A stretch of DNA of 64,000 nucleotides from Somniosus microcephalus (Eukaryota): assembly GCA_052327205.1 (NCBI GenBank), contig CM126230.1, positions 27,218,001 through 27,282,000 of the forward strand. Reading direction: 5' to 3'. How positions within the stretch are numbered: the first letter of the stretch is position 1; each line of letters begins with the position of its first letter. Positions 13,431-26,083 of the stretch are shown piece by piece. Under the pieces are notes generated by a model. That model ran no database searches and was not told the origin of the DNA. It was given only the letters and a program-made list of their open reading frames with translations. The position numbers and the translations under genes were made by a program.

Positions 13431-13645
13431 TCATACATACATTTATACATGGTTAGCACAGTACACACTTTCATACATCTCTACATTGTTAGCAGTGTAC
13501 ATGATCATACATTTATACATGTTAGTACAATGTACATGGTCATACATTTAACACTTAACACAGTGTGCACTCATACATCTATACATTGAGTACAGTGTAC
13601 ACTGCAAATCATTTATACATTGTTAGTACAGTATACACTGTGCAC
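13431..13645. repeat. Degenerate minisatellite, about 6 copies of a 31-40 bp unit
   Basis: Recurring tcatacatttatacat(t)gttagtacagtgtaca unit. Confidence 0.8.
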
Positions 13646-14531
13646 ATTAAGATGCACAGAGGTGAGGAGCGAGCCTACCATAGTGGCTTATGGATGGCCC
13701 AAGGGGCTGGTTCTGTTGAATGGTGCTGCTTTGCGGGTATACTGCTGTGGCAGTTATGTTAATGATCAATGGATCTTTTTGCCTGTATCGCTTTAGTTTG
13801 TGAATTTCCATGGGCAAGTGGGTTGGCGCATGTTCCTAACACATATTGCCTGGCCTATAGCGCATCAAGTTTCATTGCATGGAAGCATTTACCCATATCC
13901 GGTTCCAGGAAGACCACTATGGCACAATAGAGAGTGTATTGAGTCTGGCTCCAATGAGTGTTTGGTGATCTTTTAGAAATGGTAATAGATTCTTAATAGT
14001 GAAGGAAAGCTAATATATATAGTGAGTGTGTGTGTATAGATGTATATGTGCAGGTAAATGTGTGTATGTACATATAAAGAAGAAAGCATAAAGAGTGCTT
14101 TTAACAACATCAAACGTAGCCAAGTTCTGTTGTGTATTCAGCTGGCATTGGTTTTGATTGGGTTGCTTCCCGATTTACCAGGACTGGCCTAGATGCCAAT
14201 ACGTGGAATTCCATATGGAGCTGCTTGCTGACATCAGCTAAACAAAGAGACCCAAAATAGTAGGCTTCTATACAGTTCAAAAACAGAAGTGAAAAGTTAG
14301 AATATTTTGCAAATGCTTGCTTAAAAACATGAATTAAGTGGGGGAGTTCTCCCCCTCCACTTTGCTTTTCAGTTAAGTCCCAAGTGGCAGACACAATCTG
14401 ACCTTCCCAGCCCGCTCCCTCACTGCCACAAGCTACTCCAAAACTTTTAAATCTTTTGTTTTATCTATAGTCTTTATTAATATTCTGAATATGGTGAATT
14501 ATGTTAACACTTAGTCATGATAGTTTTGTAC

Positions 14532-14841
14532 CTGTATGCTGTTCTTTCTCAGGAGTTTCATCTGCACTTTTGCAGAAATCTTCTCCCTCATCTGACTGAT
14601 TCTTCTTTTTTAAGTCCAAACTGCCACAGCGATGCCTGAAATAATTCTTTACTTCATCATCATATTCATCATTCTCCTCTTCCTCACAAGTAGGTTCCAA
14701 GCACGGCATTTGACCCTCGTTATCAGAGTTCTCAAAGGCTTCATGCAGTACCTCAGTTGTTTCAGAAATAGTCTCGGTGGTAACACTGCTGTTATGTCTC
14801 CGGCGCTTGCGGCCCCTCTTCTTTCTGTGTATGAGTGGCCT
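14532..14841 (-). CDS. KAT6B: KAT6B exon 17 equivalent
   Basis: tttcag|AGG...ACAG|gtacaa; 310 nt, phase 0 to 1; [32 protein letters not shown]. Confidence 0.93.
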
Positions 14842-14927
14842 CTGAAAGAGCAAAAAAAAATTAAAGTATTAAAATAATTTTATTTGCGGCATTTTCATGT
14901 AGAAAAAAAACTAACAGGAAATATTGA

Positions 14928-15039
14928 TGGTCAGGAGTTAAAACTCTGGGCAGGTTTTGGGTGGGTCAGTGGCGAGGCGAGTTTAAAATTCACTCATTCC
15001 TGCGGAGAACAGGCCCGGGGTATTTTAACTCCTGGGCCC
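14928..15039. mobile_element. Very short MITE
   Basis: Perfect 12-bp inverted repeat caggagttaaaa / ttttaactcctg; similar to the ends of the 30497 element. Confidence 0.6.
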
Positions 15040-15049
15040 GAATTGGTTG

Positions 15050-15755
15050 GCATAGACAAATTAAGCGAGTGGGCAACACAGTGGAAAATGGAGTTCAATG
15101 TGGGAAAGTGAGGTCATCTACTTTGGATCCAAGAAAGACAAAACAGAGTATTTTTTAAATTCTGGAAGAGCAAGAGATTTGGGTGTCCATGTACACAACT
15201 CAGTAAAAGCTCGTGGACAGGTAGAAAAAGCAATCAAAAAGGCAAATGAAATGTTGGTCTTTATGTCAAGGGGGCTGGAATACAAAGGGGATGAAATTAT
15301 GCTTCAGTTGTACAGAGCCTTGGTCAGACCCCATCTGGACTAATGTGCTCAGTTTTGGGCACTGCACCTCAAAAAGGATATATTGGCCTTGGAGGGGGGT
15401 TCAGGGCAAATTCACCAATATGATACCAGAAGATTAAATCATGAATACAGGTTGCATAAACTTGTCTTATATTCTTTCGAGTTTAGAAGATTGAGGGATA
15501 ATCTAATCGAGGTGTTAAAATTATAAAAGGATTCGATAGGGTAGATACAGAGAAACTATTTCTTTTGGTGCAGGAGTTCAGAACAAGGGGGCATAATCTT
15601 AAAATCAGAGTCAAGCCATTCAGAAGTGAAATCAGGAAGCACTTCTTCAAGGGGTAATAGAAATCAGGAACTCTCTCCCACAAGGCTGTGGAGGCTGGAT
15701 CAATTAAAACGTTCAAGGCTGAGAATGATAGATCTTTGTTAGGTAAAGGTATCAC
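15050..15755 (+). mobile_element. CR1 LINE 3' fragment
   Basis: WATQWKMEFNVGK, RDLGVHV, LQLYRALVRPHL; frameshifted. Confidence 0.88.
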
Positions 15756-16519
15756 GGAATTCTTCAAGATAGTGTCATTGAATCCTTTACGTCCACCTGA
15801 GAGGGCAGACGGGGCAAACGTGAGCATGCTTGATGTTTTCCATAATTAAAACCAACAAACTAAATCGTGGAAATGTGATGTTTTCTAAAGTGCAACTTGC
15901 GAGAAGGTGATTTTGTTACTTTGTTGTTCGATTGAAAAAATATTTTTTCGTTGAGGAATTTTAGGCCCAGGCAATTTACTGTAACTATGCTCAGATTAAG
16001 AGGAGAAAAATACACCAGAGGGCAGCATTGTATTGACTTTAAGAGGACAAGAAGCATTATGCCAATTATTCTTACAGACAAAATTCAGAGGACATAATTT
16101 CTTAATGACTTTTAGCAGTCATTGAAATAATGGCATGTAGAAAACATTCAAATAAAGAATGGATAAATTGTGGTGGTGTGAATGGTTTCCTGTGATTATT
16201 CAACAGTAATGATACATAATTTGTACACCCTATAGTCATTAGCACCACTTCACTGTCACTACCTGATCTATTCCCCATTTCCAAGTTTTTAATATACACA
16301 CATCAGAAATATTTTTTAACATCTGAGATTCAATAAAATTCTATTTTCTGAAATTACTTGCAAAAGAAAAGTAAATTGCATTTAATTCTAACTGAAACAC
16401 AAAATATTTTAAAATGCATTTCTAGTTTTGAAAAACAAAAATAATGAGCTCATGGATCGAAGGCACTTCAATATGACCACAAATAATCCTGTTCTCTTTT
16501 GAAACCTCAATGTGACTCA

Positions 16520-16886
16520 CAAAAATATCTCGAAGTGCTTCACATACAAATAATGACTTTGAAGTGCAGTGACTGTTGTTATGTCTGTTAATACTGCCTG
16601 TGGCAGACAGTATGCTCCCACAAACAGCAGGAAGATAAGCTTTCAATTAATGCATTTTTGGTACTGATAGTGGAGTGCACAATGTTGGTCAGGACACCGG
16701 GAGAACTATCTACTCGTCGTTAAATATTGCAATGGATTCTAGAACGTCTACCTCAATGGGTCTTGGTTTAACCTCTCGCCTAAAGAATGACACCTCTGAT
16801 GCTGCACTAGAGCGTTTGCCTAGATTCAGTGTTCAAATTCACAACCTTCTGAATCATGGCACAAAAGGTTTACCAACCGAGCCACA
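16520..16886 (-). mobile_element. SacSINE1-like DeuSINE (decayed)
   Basis: Reverse complement of the 37351 copy: tRNA head tggctcggttggta, Deu core, LINE-like tail. Confidence 0.7.
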
Positions 16887-17038
16887 TTGGCATTTTTGAT
16901 CGGGACTCCTAAAACATTGATTGGTTGACCCCAATTTGTTTGATCAGCTTTCAATCTGAAAATAAACATTCTGGCAGGTACAAAAAAGTTCAATTCAATT
17001 TAGATAAATGGAAAACTAGCTTCTCCATTTTAACTCAC

Positions 17039-17302
17039 CTTCCTCTTAGCCCCTCTTAATAGTGACTTTGCTGTGCCTGGCGATGAACTGGGTTGGGTAT
17101 CATCATTCTCATCCTCATCCTCTTCTTCACTGATTTCATTTGTCTGTTCCATTATCGATTCACTATTGGCAGGTAGACACTCAGATTCCATTAATCGATG
17201 TTTACACGGTGCATTAGTAACTGAATGCATACTGGCCTGCATTTCAGCGTACTGCTCTTGCTCTTTTTCCCAGCAGCCAGCTTGCTCCATCAGTTGTTCA
17301 GC
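17039..17302 (-). CDS. KAT6B: KAT6B exon 16 equivalent
   Basis: ttttag|GCT...AAG|gtgagt; 264 nt, phase 0 to 0; AEQLMEQAGCWEKE...EISEEEDEDENDD...AKRK. Confidence 0.92.
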
Positions 17303-17654
17303 CTAAAATTGGAAGCAAACACAACATAAATTCAGCAATTATTAACCTACATCATTTGGTTGTAAATTAACAGTTTAGTCAAATACAATTATTTACTACC
17401 TAATGAAGTTGTTCCAAGCTGAATCAAGTAGCAGCTTGTTCGTAATAGATATAATGAACAACCCGAGGACTTTTCATGGAACATTTTGAACTATTCATTA
17501 TAAAGTGAATTGATTTTGTTTGTTTTGCACTGTAGTACATGACCATTGATATGGGCCAATCTTGTAGGACTCCTCAAACACATTCAATCAATTCAAAGCA
17601 GTTTGTTGTTCTGCTTTTCACAGCTCATGTAAGTAGAGACACGTTACTGAGGGA

Positions 17655-18020
17655 GGCAGAAGGTTGTAAGTTCAAGCACCACTCCAGAGATTTGAACACA
17701 ATCATTCTAGGTTAATACTTCCGTGCAGTACTGAGGCAGTGCCTCACTGTCGGAGGTGTCATCTCTAAAATGAGATGTTAAACAGGTTCTGTATGCCTCT
17801 CAGGTGAATATTAAAGATCCCATGGCACTATTCAAAGAAGTGCTTCCAGTGCCCTGGCTAACATTTATCCCTCAACCAACATTACTAAAACACATTATCT
17901 GATCATGTATCTCATTGCTGTTTGCGGCAGCTTGCTGCATGGAAACTAGCTGCTGTATTCAGCAATATTACAACAGTGACTTCAAAAGTACTTCATTAGC
18001 TGTGAAATTCTTAGGAATGT
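17655..18020 (+). mobile_element. SacSINE1-like DeuSINE
   Basis: B-box-like agttcaagc, Deu core cactgtcggaggtgtcatct...aaagatcccatggcactattc. Confidence 0.8.
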
Positions 18021-19095
18021 TTAACACTTATCAAACTGCGTAGTGACTGGGTGAGTGAGGTTTAGTTTTTATATCACATGTGACGTGGACACTCCAGTTT
18101 ATTAGTATCTTCATTTTAATTCAATAAAACTGACAAAAATGAGAATTTGTGTCTTGATTTCTGTATAGTTCAAATAGCTAAGGTTTGAAATTGCGCTGCT
18201 CTTTTCACTATGTACAAATTAATGGGCCAGGGACACCTAGCTACATGAACAAAGCAGTTGTTGTCTAAAAGTTAGCTGATTGATAATTAAAATATCAACA
18301 CATGGAGCATTCATCAGACTGATAAGTAACTTCTGTTTGTGAACAACCACGAAATATAAGAAAAGAGTATATATAAATTATATGAAAGTATATTTATACA
18401 CTCAGGGATATATCTGTTTATACACTGTATGGATAGATCTGTATTTTTGTGTACAAACATGAATGTTTTTCGATGCTTTGGCAACATAAAATGTAACTTG
18501 TCATGCCAATAAAGCGATTTGAATTGAAATTAAATTGAATTGAATTGTGGTCACGTGTGAATATAGTTTGGTGGAAATGCCAGAAAAGAAATACAACTTT
18601 TGTAGACTATTACCCCATTGGCTGGAGGTTTGTGGAAACTTTACATTTTGCTTCCTTGCCTGCTTCAAAGAAAAGTCTTCACATCAAAGAGGATCCATAG
18701 GATAAGTATCCCATTTCTGAACACTAGTCTTTAGTTCTGGTAAGTTGTGGGTATTTGAGGCTCTCAGATTCCACTCGAAACATCTCTTCTCGAAAGATAC
18801 ACATTGAGAATGATTATTTGTTATCAAGGAATGAGAGAAGGGTCATTTAATTCATTTAAAGAAGCTGTTTAAATCCAAAAGACTAAGTAATATTGGAGGC
18901 AATATTCTGAGAAGAGAATATTAACCCTTTATGGATAGTGGACTTTTCCCAAGTGGGGAGACAACTGCCATTGGGCAAAGTAATAAAAAAGGTGCATAAA
19001 TAGTATCGCTAACAAGACTCCGCAAAAATAATAGGGAAAGGATTAAATGATTTGATCCAGGTTTTTATCTAAGGCATGAACAGCAACACCTATAT

Positions 19096-20730
19096 AGTTA
19101 GAGTCATAGAGTTATAGAGTAATACAGCACGGATAGAGGCCCTTCGGCCCATCGTGTCCGCGCCGGCCATCAAGCCCTGTCTAATCTAATCCCATATTCC
19201 AGCATTTGGCCCGTAGCCTTGTATGCTATGGCATTTCAAGTGCACATCCAAATGCTTCTTAAATGTTGTGAGGGTTTCTGCCTCCACAACCCTTTCAGGC
19301 AGTGAGTTCCAGACTCCAACCACCCTCTGAGTGAAAAAGTTCTCTCTCAAATCCCCTCTAAACCTCCCGCCCTTTACCTTGAATCTATGCCCCCTAGTTA
19401 TTGACCCCTCTACTAAGGGAAAAAGCTCCTCAGCATCCATCCTATCTATGCCCCTCATAATTTTGTACACCTCAATCATGTCCCCCCTCAGCCTCCTCTG
19501 CTCCAAGGAAAACAAACCCAATCTGCCCAGTCTCTCTTCATAGCTGAAGCGCTCCAGCCCTGGTAACATCCTGGTGAACCTCCTCTGCACCCTCTCCAAC
19601 GCGATCACATCCTTCCTGTAGTGTGGCGACCAGAACTGCACACAGTATTCCAGCTGTGGCCTAACCAGTGTTTTATACAGCTCCATCATAACCTCCTTGC
19701 TCTTATATTCAATGCCTCGGCTAATGAAGGCAAGTATCCCATATGCCTTTTTTACCACCTTATCCACCTGTTCCGCCGCCTTCAGGGATCTGTGTACTTG
19801 CACACCCAGATCCCTCTGACCCTCCGTCTTGCCTAGGGTCTTTCCATTCATTGTGTATTCCTTTGCCTTGTTAGTCCCCCCCAAAGTGCATCACCTCGCA
19901 CTTTTCCGGGTTAAATTCCATTTGCCACTGTTCCGCCCATCTGACCAACCCATCTATATCGTCCTGCAGACTGAGGCTACCCTCCTCGCTATTTACCACC
20001 CTACCAATTTTTGTATCATCCGCGAACTTACTGATCATACCCTTTACACTCATATCCAAGTCATTAATGTAGACCACAAACAGCAAGGGACCCAGCACCG
20101 ATCCCTGTGGTACCCCACTGGCCACAGGCTTCCAGTCACAAAAACAACCTTCGACCATCACCCTCTGCCTTCTGCCACTAAGCCAGTTTTGTATCCAATG
20201 TGCCAAGGCACCCTGGATTCCATGGGCTCTTACCTTCTTGACCAGTCTCCTGTGCGGGACTTTATCGAAGGTCTTACTGAAATCCATGTATACCACATCC
20301 ACTGCGTTACCCTCATCCACACACCTAGTCACCCCCTCAAAAAATTCAATCAAATTAGTCAGACATGATCTTCCCTTGACAAAGCCATGTTGACTATCCC
20401 TGATTAATCCTTGCCTCTCCAAGTGGAGACAAATTTTGTCCCTCAGGATTTTTTCCAATAATTTTCCTACCACTGATGTTAGGCTCACTGGCCTGTAGTT
20501 CCCCGGTTTTTCCCTACTACCCTTCTTGAATAATGGTACTACATTAGCGGTTCTCCAGTCCTCTGGCACATCCCCTGTGGCCAGAGAGGTCCTGAATATA
20601 TGTGTTAGAGCCCCCGCAATCTCCTCCTTTGCCTCACACAGCAGCCTGGGATACATTTCATCCGGGCCTGGGGATTTATCCATTTTTAGGCCAGCTAAAA
20701 CCGCCAATACCTCCTCCCTCTCGATGTTAA
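19096..20730 (-). mobile_element. Young 5'-truncated CR1 LINE with nearly intact reverse transcriptase
   Basis: ORFs of 278 aa and 232 aa (KSPGPD, NYRPVSLTS, DFSKTFDKV, GVPQGSVLGP, KFADD) joined by one frameshift at a G7 run near 19876-19882; short tandem 3' tail. Confidence 0.96.
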
Positions 20731-21529
20731 TAATAAGTTATCTTCATGTTTAAGACAAGATCAACCTAAATCTGTAAACACCTCTGAAAGACTCAATAAA
20801 ATTTCCCATTCCCCATCCCTTCCATCTTCTGTTACTTCGTTCATTCTTACCTCCAGGAAATTATCTAACAACTCAGAGTGCTTTACAAGGGGGAAAAAGG
20901 TGGACACTGAACATTCACATACGGGCCACTTCAATTGCTGCAAGTGGTAACAAAACCATTGTAGGAAAAAATTATTGTAAAACAAAAGTTTTCCAATGCA
21001 AAACAAAGTCTAAACAGCAACAAAATGTAACGCATCAACAAAAATAGAGAAAGCAATATAGTGAGCAAAGAAACCAAACTTTTGAACCAACATGAAAAAG
21101 TACTACCCACTGTTAAAAGTCAGGTCATCCAGACAGACTTGCAACCATTATACAGGTATATGGGTAAGCAGCAATATGGGAAACAAGGTCTCTTCCAAAT
21201 AGCAAGAATCAGCGTGGAACGTATTACCATACATTTGTACAGTATTTGAAGAGGTCATGGTCATCAGCTCTACCTCTAAATTGGGTGTGAAGATCTCCAC
21301 GTCAGATTCCCTGCTTACATTCCAAGAGACTCTGGACTGTAGCTTGCCTTGCAATATCAATCCTATTTCGTGAGTTGATGGTTGCATGTGTGTAATAACG
21401 TCTCAATACCTCTTTGAAATGCTTTCTTCCACCAACAATTCAGGGTTGGGGGGGGGGGGGGGTTGAGAGCATCAATGATGGCTACTAAACTAGCAAAAGT
21501 ATTGTTTAAACTACAAAACTTTCTCAAAA

Positions 21530-22160
21530 TCTGAGATAACTTTAAAAGGATTTTTAGACAAAAGGCATCAATGGCAAATGAACTTCAATACAGAAAAACA
21601 CAAGGTACTACATGTTGGAATTAAAAATAGGAACTACATAGCTGGAATAGAACTTGCTAATGGCTGGAATAGAACTTGCTAATGGAGAAGTTGAGACCTA
21701 GGAGCATTAGCTGAATCTTGGCTCACTAAGTCCAAAACAGTGTGAGGCAGCAATCAACAATGCAAATAGGATGCTGAGTTGGTTATATTGCATCAGTTAT
21801 ATTAATCAGTTGCAATTAAAATTCATGAAAGTTGTGCTAAAACTGCATAGTGCTTGGGCCATCATGTACATGGGAGTATTGCACACAATTCTAGTCACTC
21901 TACCATAAGAGGGCCATTCTGCCCTCAGGAGCAGTACAGAAGAGGTTGATCTCTAGTGTCAGAGAAAAGAGCAATAAGGGATTAATTGGTAAGTTACAGC
22001 TTTGCGACCCTAAAAGAGAGGTCTCAGAAGGACCCTAGGAGGGATATGATACATAACAGGAGAGAGAAAGTGAACCTGAAATAATACTTTCAGCTATGCT
22101 GGGGCAGCAGGACAAATAGGCACAGGTTGAGAGCTGTGAAAGGAAAATTTAGGACGGGTG
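21530..22160 (+). mobile_element. Old CR1 fragment with a 22-bp tandem duplication at about 21641-21684
   Basis: tggcaaatgaacttcaatacagaaaaa (WQMNFN), gacctaggag; gctggaatagaacttgctaatg twice. Confidence 0.65.
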
Positions 22161-22494
22161 TCATTGTTACAGTTTGGGCTTTCCCCTAACATTTTGTCCT
22201 GTTCATAGCTAAACAGCAATTTCCTTAAACAGAATACGATTCCTATGAAATGAAACATGCATTCTTATACGTGCTGTGTATGGGTTAGCATACAGAGGTT
22301 GAACAACAACCCCTATCAGTGTATATTGCTCACTAGAGAATACGTGAAATGTCCACATGTTATCCCACTCCTTGCGAAGGTAAAAACTAATGTATCAATA
22401 GGCCACTGTGTACAGGCTAAAAGTACTCAGTCAGATTTATTTGCAGATTAAAAAGTACATAAAAGTTCAAAGACACAGCAAAATACTTAATGTT

Positions 22495-23555
22495 TGAGAA
22501 TAAACGGGTCATTTTCGGGTTTGCAGGCTACAATTAGTGGGGTACTGCAAGGATCAGTGCTTGGGCCTCAGCTATTTACAATCTATATCAATGACTTAGA
22601 TGAGTGTAACGTATCCAAGTTTGCTGATGATACAAAGCTAGGTAGGAAAGTAAGTTGTGAGGGGGACGCAAAGAGGCTGCAAAGGGATATAGACAGAGTG
22701 GGCAAAAACATGGCAGATGGAATATAAATGTGGAGAAATGTGAAGTTATCCACTTTGGTAAGAAAAATAGAAAAGCAGAATATTTTTTAAATGGTGAGAG
22801 ATCGGAAAATGCTGGTATTCAGAGGGACCTAGGTGTCTTTGTACACGAATCACAGAAAGTTAACATGCAGGTACAGCAAGCAATTATGAAAGCAAATGGT
22901 ATGTTAGCCTTTATTACAAAAAGATTGGAATATAAGAGTAAAGTCCTACTACAGTTGTACAGGGCCTTGGTGAGACCACACCTGGAGTACTGTGTACTGG
23001 CTTGGTTTCCTTACCTAAAAAGGATATACTTGCCTTAGATGGAGTGCAACAAAGGTTCACTAGACTGATTGGTGGGGGGGGGGGGGGGGAGAGATTGTCC
23101 TATGAGGAGAGATGGAGTAGACTGGGCCAATATTTCCTAGAGTTTAGAAGAATGAGGTGTGATCTCTTTGAAACGTATAAAGTTCTTAAGGGGCTTGGCA
23201 GGGTAGTTGCAGGGAGGATGTTTCCCCTGGTTGGGGAGTCTAGAACCAGGGGTCACAGACTCAGAATAAGGGGTCGGCCATTTAGGACTGAGATGAGGAG
23301 AAATTTCTTCACTCAGAGGGTGGTGAATCTTTGGAATTGTCTACCCCAGAGAGCTGTGGATGCTCAGTCATTGAGTATATTCAAGACAGATCGATAGATT
23401 TTTTGATACTAAGGAAACCAAAAGATGGGGGGGGGGGGGTGGGGGGGAATAGTGCGGGAAGGTGGAGTTGCGGTAGAAGATCAGCCATGATCTTACTGAA
23501 TTGCAGAGCAGGCTCGAAGTGCAGAATGGCCTACTCCTGCTCCTATTCCTTATGT
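22495..23555 (+). mobile_element. CR1 LINE 3' fragment
   Basis: [42 protein letters not shown]; 3' end gaatggcctactcctgctcctatt. Confidence 0.93.
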
Positions 23556-25749
23556 TCTTCATACTTAACAAAACAATGAAACTAGAATCAATCCATAAGG
23601 AATTTTTAGAACAACAAGTCTTGCAGAGCCTGTGAAGCAACAGGAAGTTTGGATGAAACAATCAACTCTGTCTGTTGATGGACTTTCAAGGTGAGATGTC
23701 ACATGTGGATGACGTGAATTCTAATTAATCAGTAGCGCTCGTATGTCTTTGCCAGAATTCAAGCTTAGCAGCTGAGCTGTGATTTATGTCATGGGATTTC
23801 TTTCATGTTACACCCATTTCTTTTCAAGTAAACAAACAAACTGAGTGATTAACAAATCTGTCACTTTGTGAGGTGAGGTGTTAATGTCTGGATATTGTCA
23901 TTTTCCCAGATGACATTTTGCTCCTATAATGGATTTCCCTAATGGCTCAGTATTCTGACAGAACAGAATGGTCTAGGTCACCGTCATTCTGCATATATTA
24001 AATGTTTCAATTCCAGCTATCAAAGCAACTTTCAATTTGATTAGTTTTTGAACAATGAATTTGCTGCTTTCCTATAGACACAGTAGCTGCAGTTGTCCAT
24101 TTTCAGTTTCGTTAAGGGAAAACAGCTTCTATCTTAACTCTAGCTAGTTTAAGGACCGTATGAAATAAAGACAGAAATGTCCTATTTGTTAGTCACAAAA
24201 TATATATTTACAAAGAGGGTGTTCAACAGCTGCAATCACCAGCGAGAGTGGTTATTAACCAGCCAGGTGCTGTAAAGGGAAGATGATAATGTTTGTGTTG
24301 TAGAAGCAGGAGATCTAATTGGCTAAAAGGTCCTTATATGAATCTATCTTGGTGATATAATTGTTTACCTCAGCCATCACCTATAGGCAAGGCTACTGAT
24401 TTGTGGTTTGCACAGAAAAATGGACTGAATCAACAAAATATCTGTAAACATCCCGTATAATTATATGGAATTTGACTTGTTCAATCACTATAAACCAGTA
24501 GCCCTAATTATAAAGACAGAATGGTAGAATTTGATCTCAAAACGTCAGTAAAAATCCTTGAATCTTGTAATAAAAATAGAATTTAAATTATTGTCATCAT
24601 AAATCACGAGCTCTGTGTTTAGTTTCTTTCATGTCCCTTCTCTTCCTATTGTTGTTTGGTATAATGATACATCTTATTTGTCTGGGACAGATTAGGGCTG
24701 TACATGACATGCCTGTTTAAACAGTGTGTGTATGGGTGCATCTCCGTATTCCGAGTTTGCAATGCGTCTTCTTAGAAAATTCCTGCATTCGCCCTTACGA
24801 TGAAACGGTTAGTATATGATCCACCTCGAACAATGATATAATCCAGATTGCAGGGCAGAGTTCGAGATTCTTTCATATGCATATGGGGGGCATAGAATTT
24901 CTGCATGGTGAGTTGCACTGTTCTTATACCAATATAAAGTAATTTGCGCCCGTTGCTGGTCTGGAGAGGTATTTACACAAGGGTTTCTTGGCTCAGCTCA
25001 CTTGCATATCCATAGGAGTAGTGATTGGCATAAATCCTGTGTGAAATGGGTGCAATCTGCTGGGCTGTATTGAAATTAGAGTGCATCCTTTAAAAAGCCA
25101 GTTTTGGCTGAAGACTGCAGCAGCAGACCAGGGTAGCAGCAGGTGCTTGGGTCCTTCAATTGACAGTCAGCTGGCTTGACTTTTTGTGTCACTATAGGAG
25201 CAGTTGGCACAAGCAGCCCAAGCAAGGCAGGAGGGGAATGGCACACAGGCAGAGAAGATGATGCCACAATTTTACAGAGTCTGACCGGCAAGCCCTCTTT
25301 GAAGAAAGTGAAATCAGGAGACACAGACTCATGGGTGTCCATGGCAGGAAACATGCCAGAAATTTCTTTTGGTATCTCCAGGTATGGCACTTTTTCTTTA
25401 CACTGAGGACCATTGAATAGGTTTCCTAGACATCACGGCTGAATTCCTGTGGGGGTTCGCCTGACCGTTCCCCGTAACTTTGACAAAAGGTCTGTGGAAA
25501 CCCCAGAGAAACCGTGTAAACGCCATTACCATGGACAATCTGGAGAACCCCCTAATAAGATTAGCAGGTGACATTTTAGTTATGGATTATATCAAGAGAT
25601 TATACCAGTTTTCCCTTTACTTCATCTTGTTTTGCATGTACTTAGTGAGTAGCAGTTACCTCTGGGGCATGGGTGGGGGGGCTGACAGAGTGACAAACAA
25701 CCTCGGAAGTGCAGACATATTCACTCTGTCTTCCTTAACATTTCTATTA

Positions 25750-26083
25750 CAGGAAACTTTGGTTTATCCGGAGGTTGTATGTCCGGAAACCTCGATCTAC
25801 CGGCAGAAATCAGGAGCCGTTTTGTTAGGTTTTTTTCCTTCTCGTGGCTTTTTTTTCCAACAGTCAGGCTCTGCAAAGTCTCTCTGAAGCTGTTGCTAAG
25901 CTACAGAGACGCTTCTAAGGTACGGCCGACTGTTTAGAAGCTGTTGCTAAGCAACAGTGTTTGTTGCCAGATACGGAGCTGCAAATCTCCGTATGCTTCA
26001 ACATTAACGCTGGTATGTCCGGCAGTTTTGATAGATCGGCAACAGCTCGGTCCCGTCGGTGCCGGATATCACAAAGTTTCCTG
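25750..26083. mobile_element. Tc1/mariner (Tigger/pogo-like) MITE, copy 1
   Basis: TA|caggaaactttg ... caaagtttcctg|TA; related copy at 50128. Confidence 0.88.

Noticed and set aside
13431-13645. Regularly spaced 35-bp units that look like a CRISPR array
   Set aside because: Degenerate head-to-tail minisatellite with no unique spacers, in a vertebrate intron
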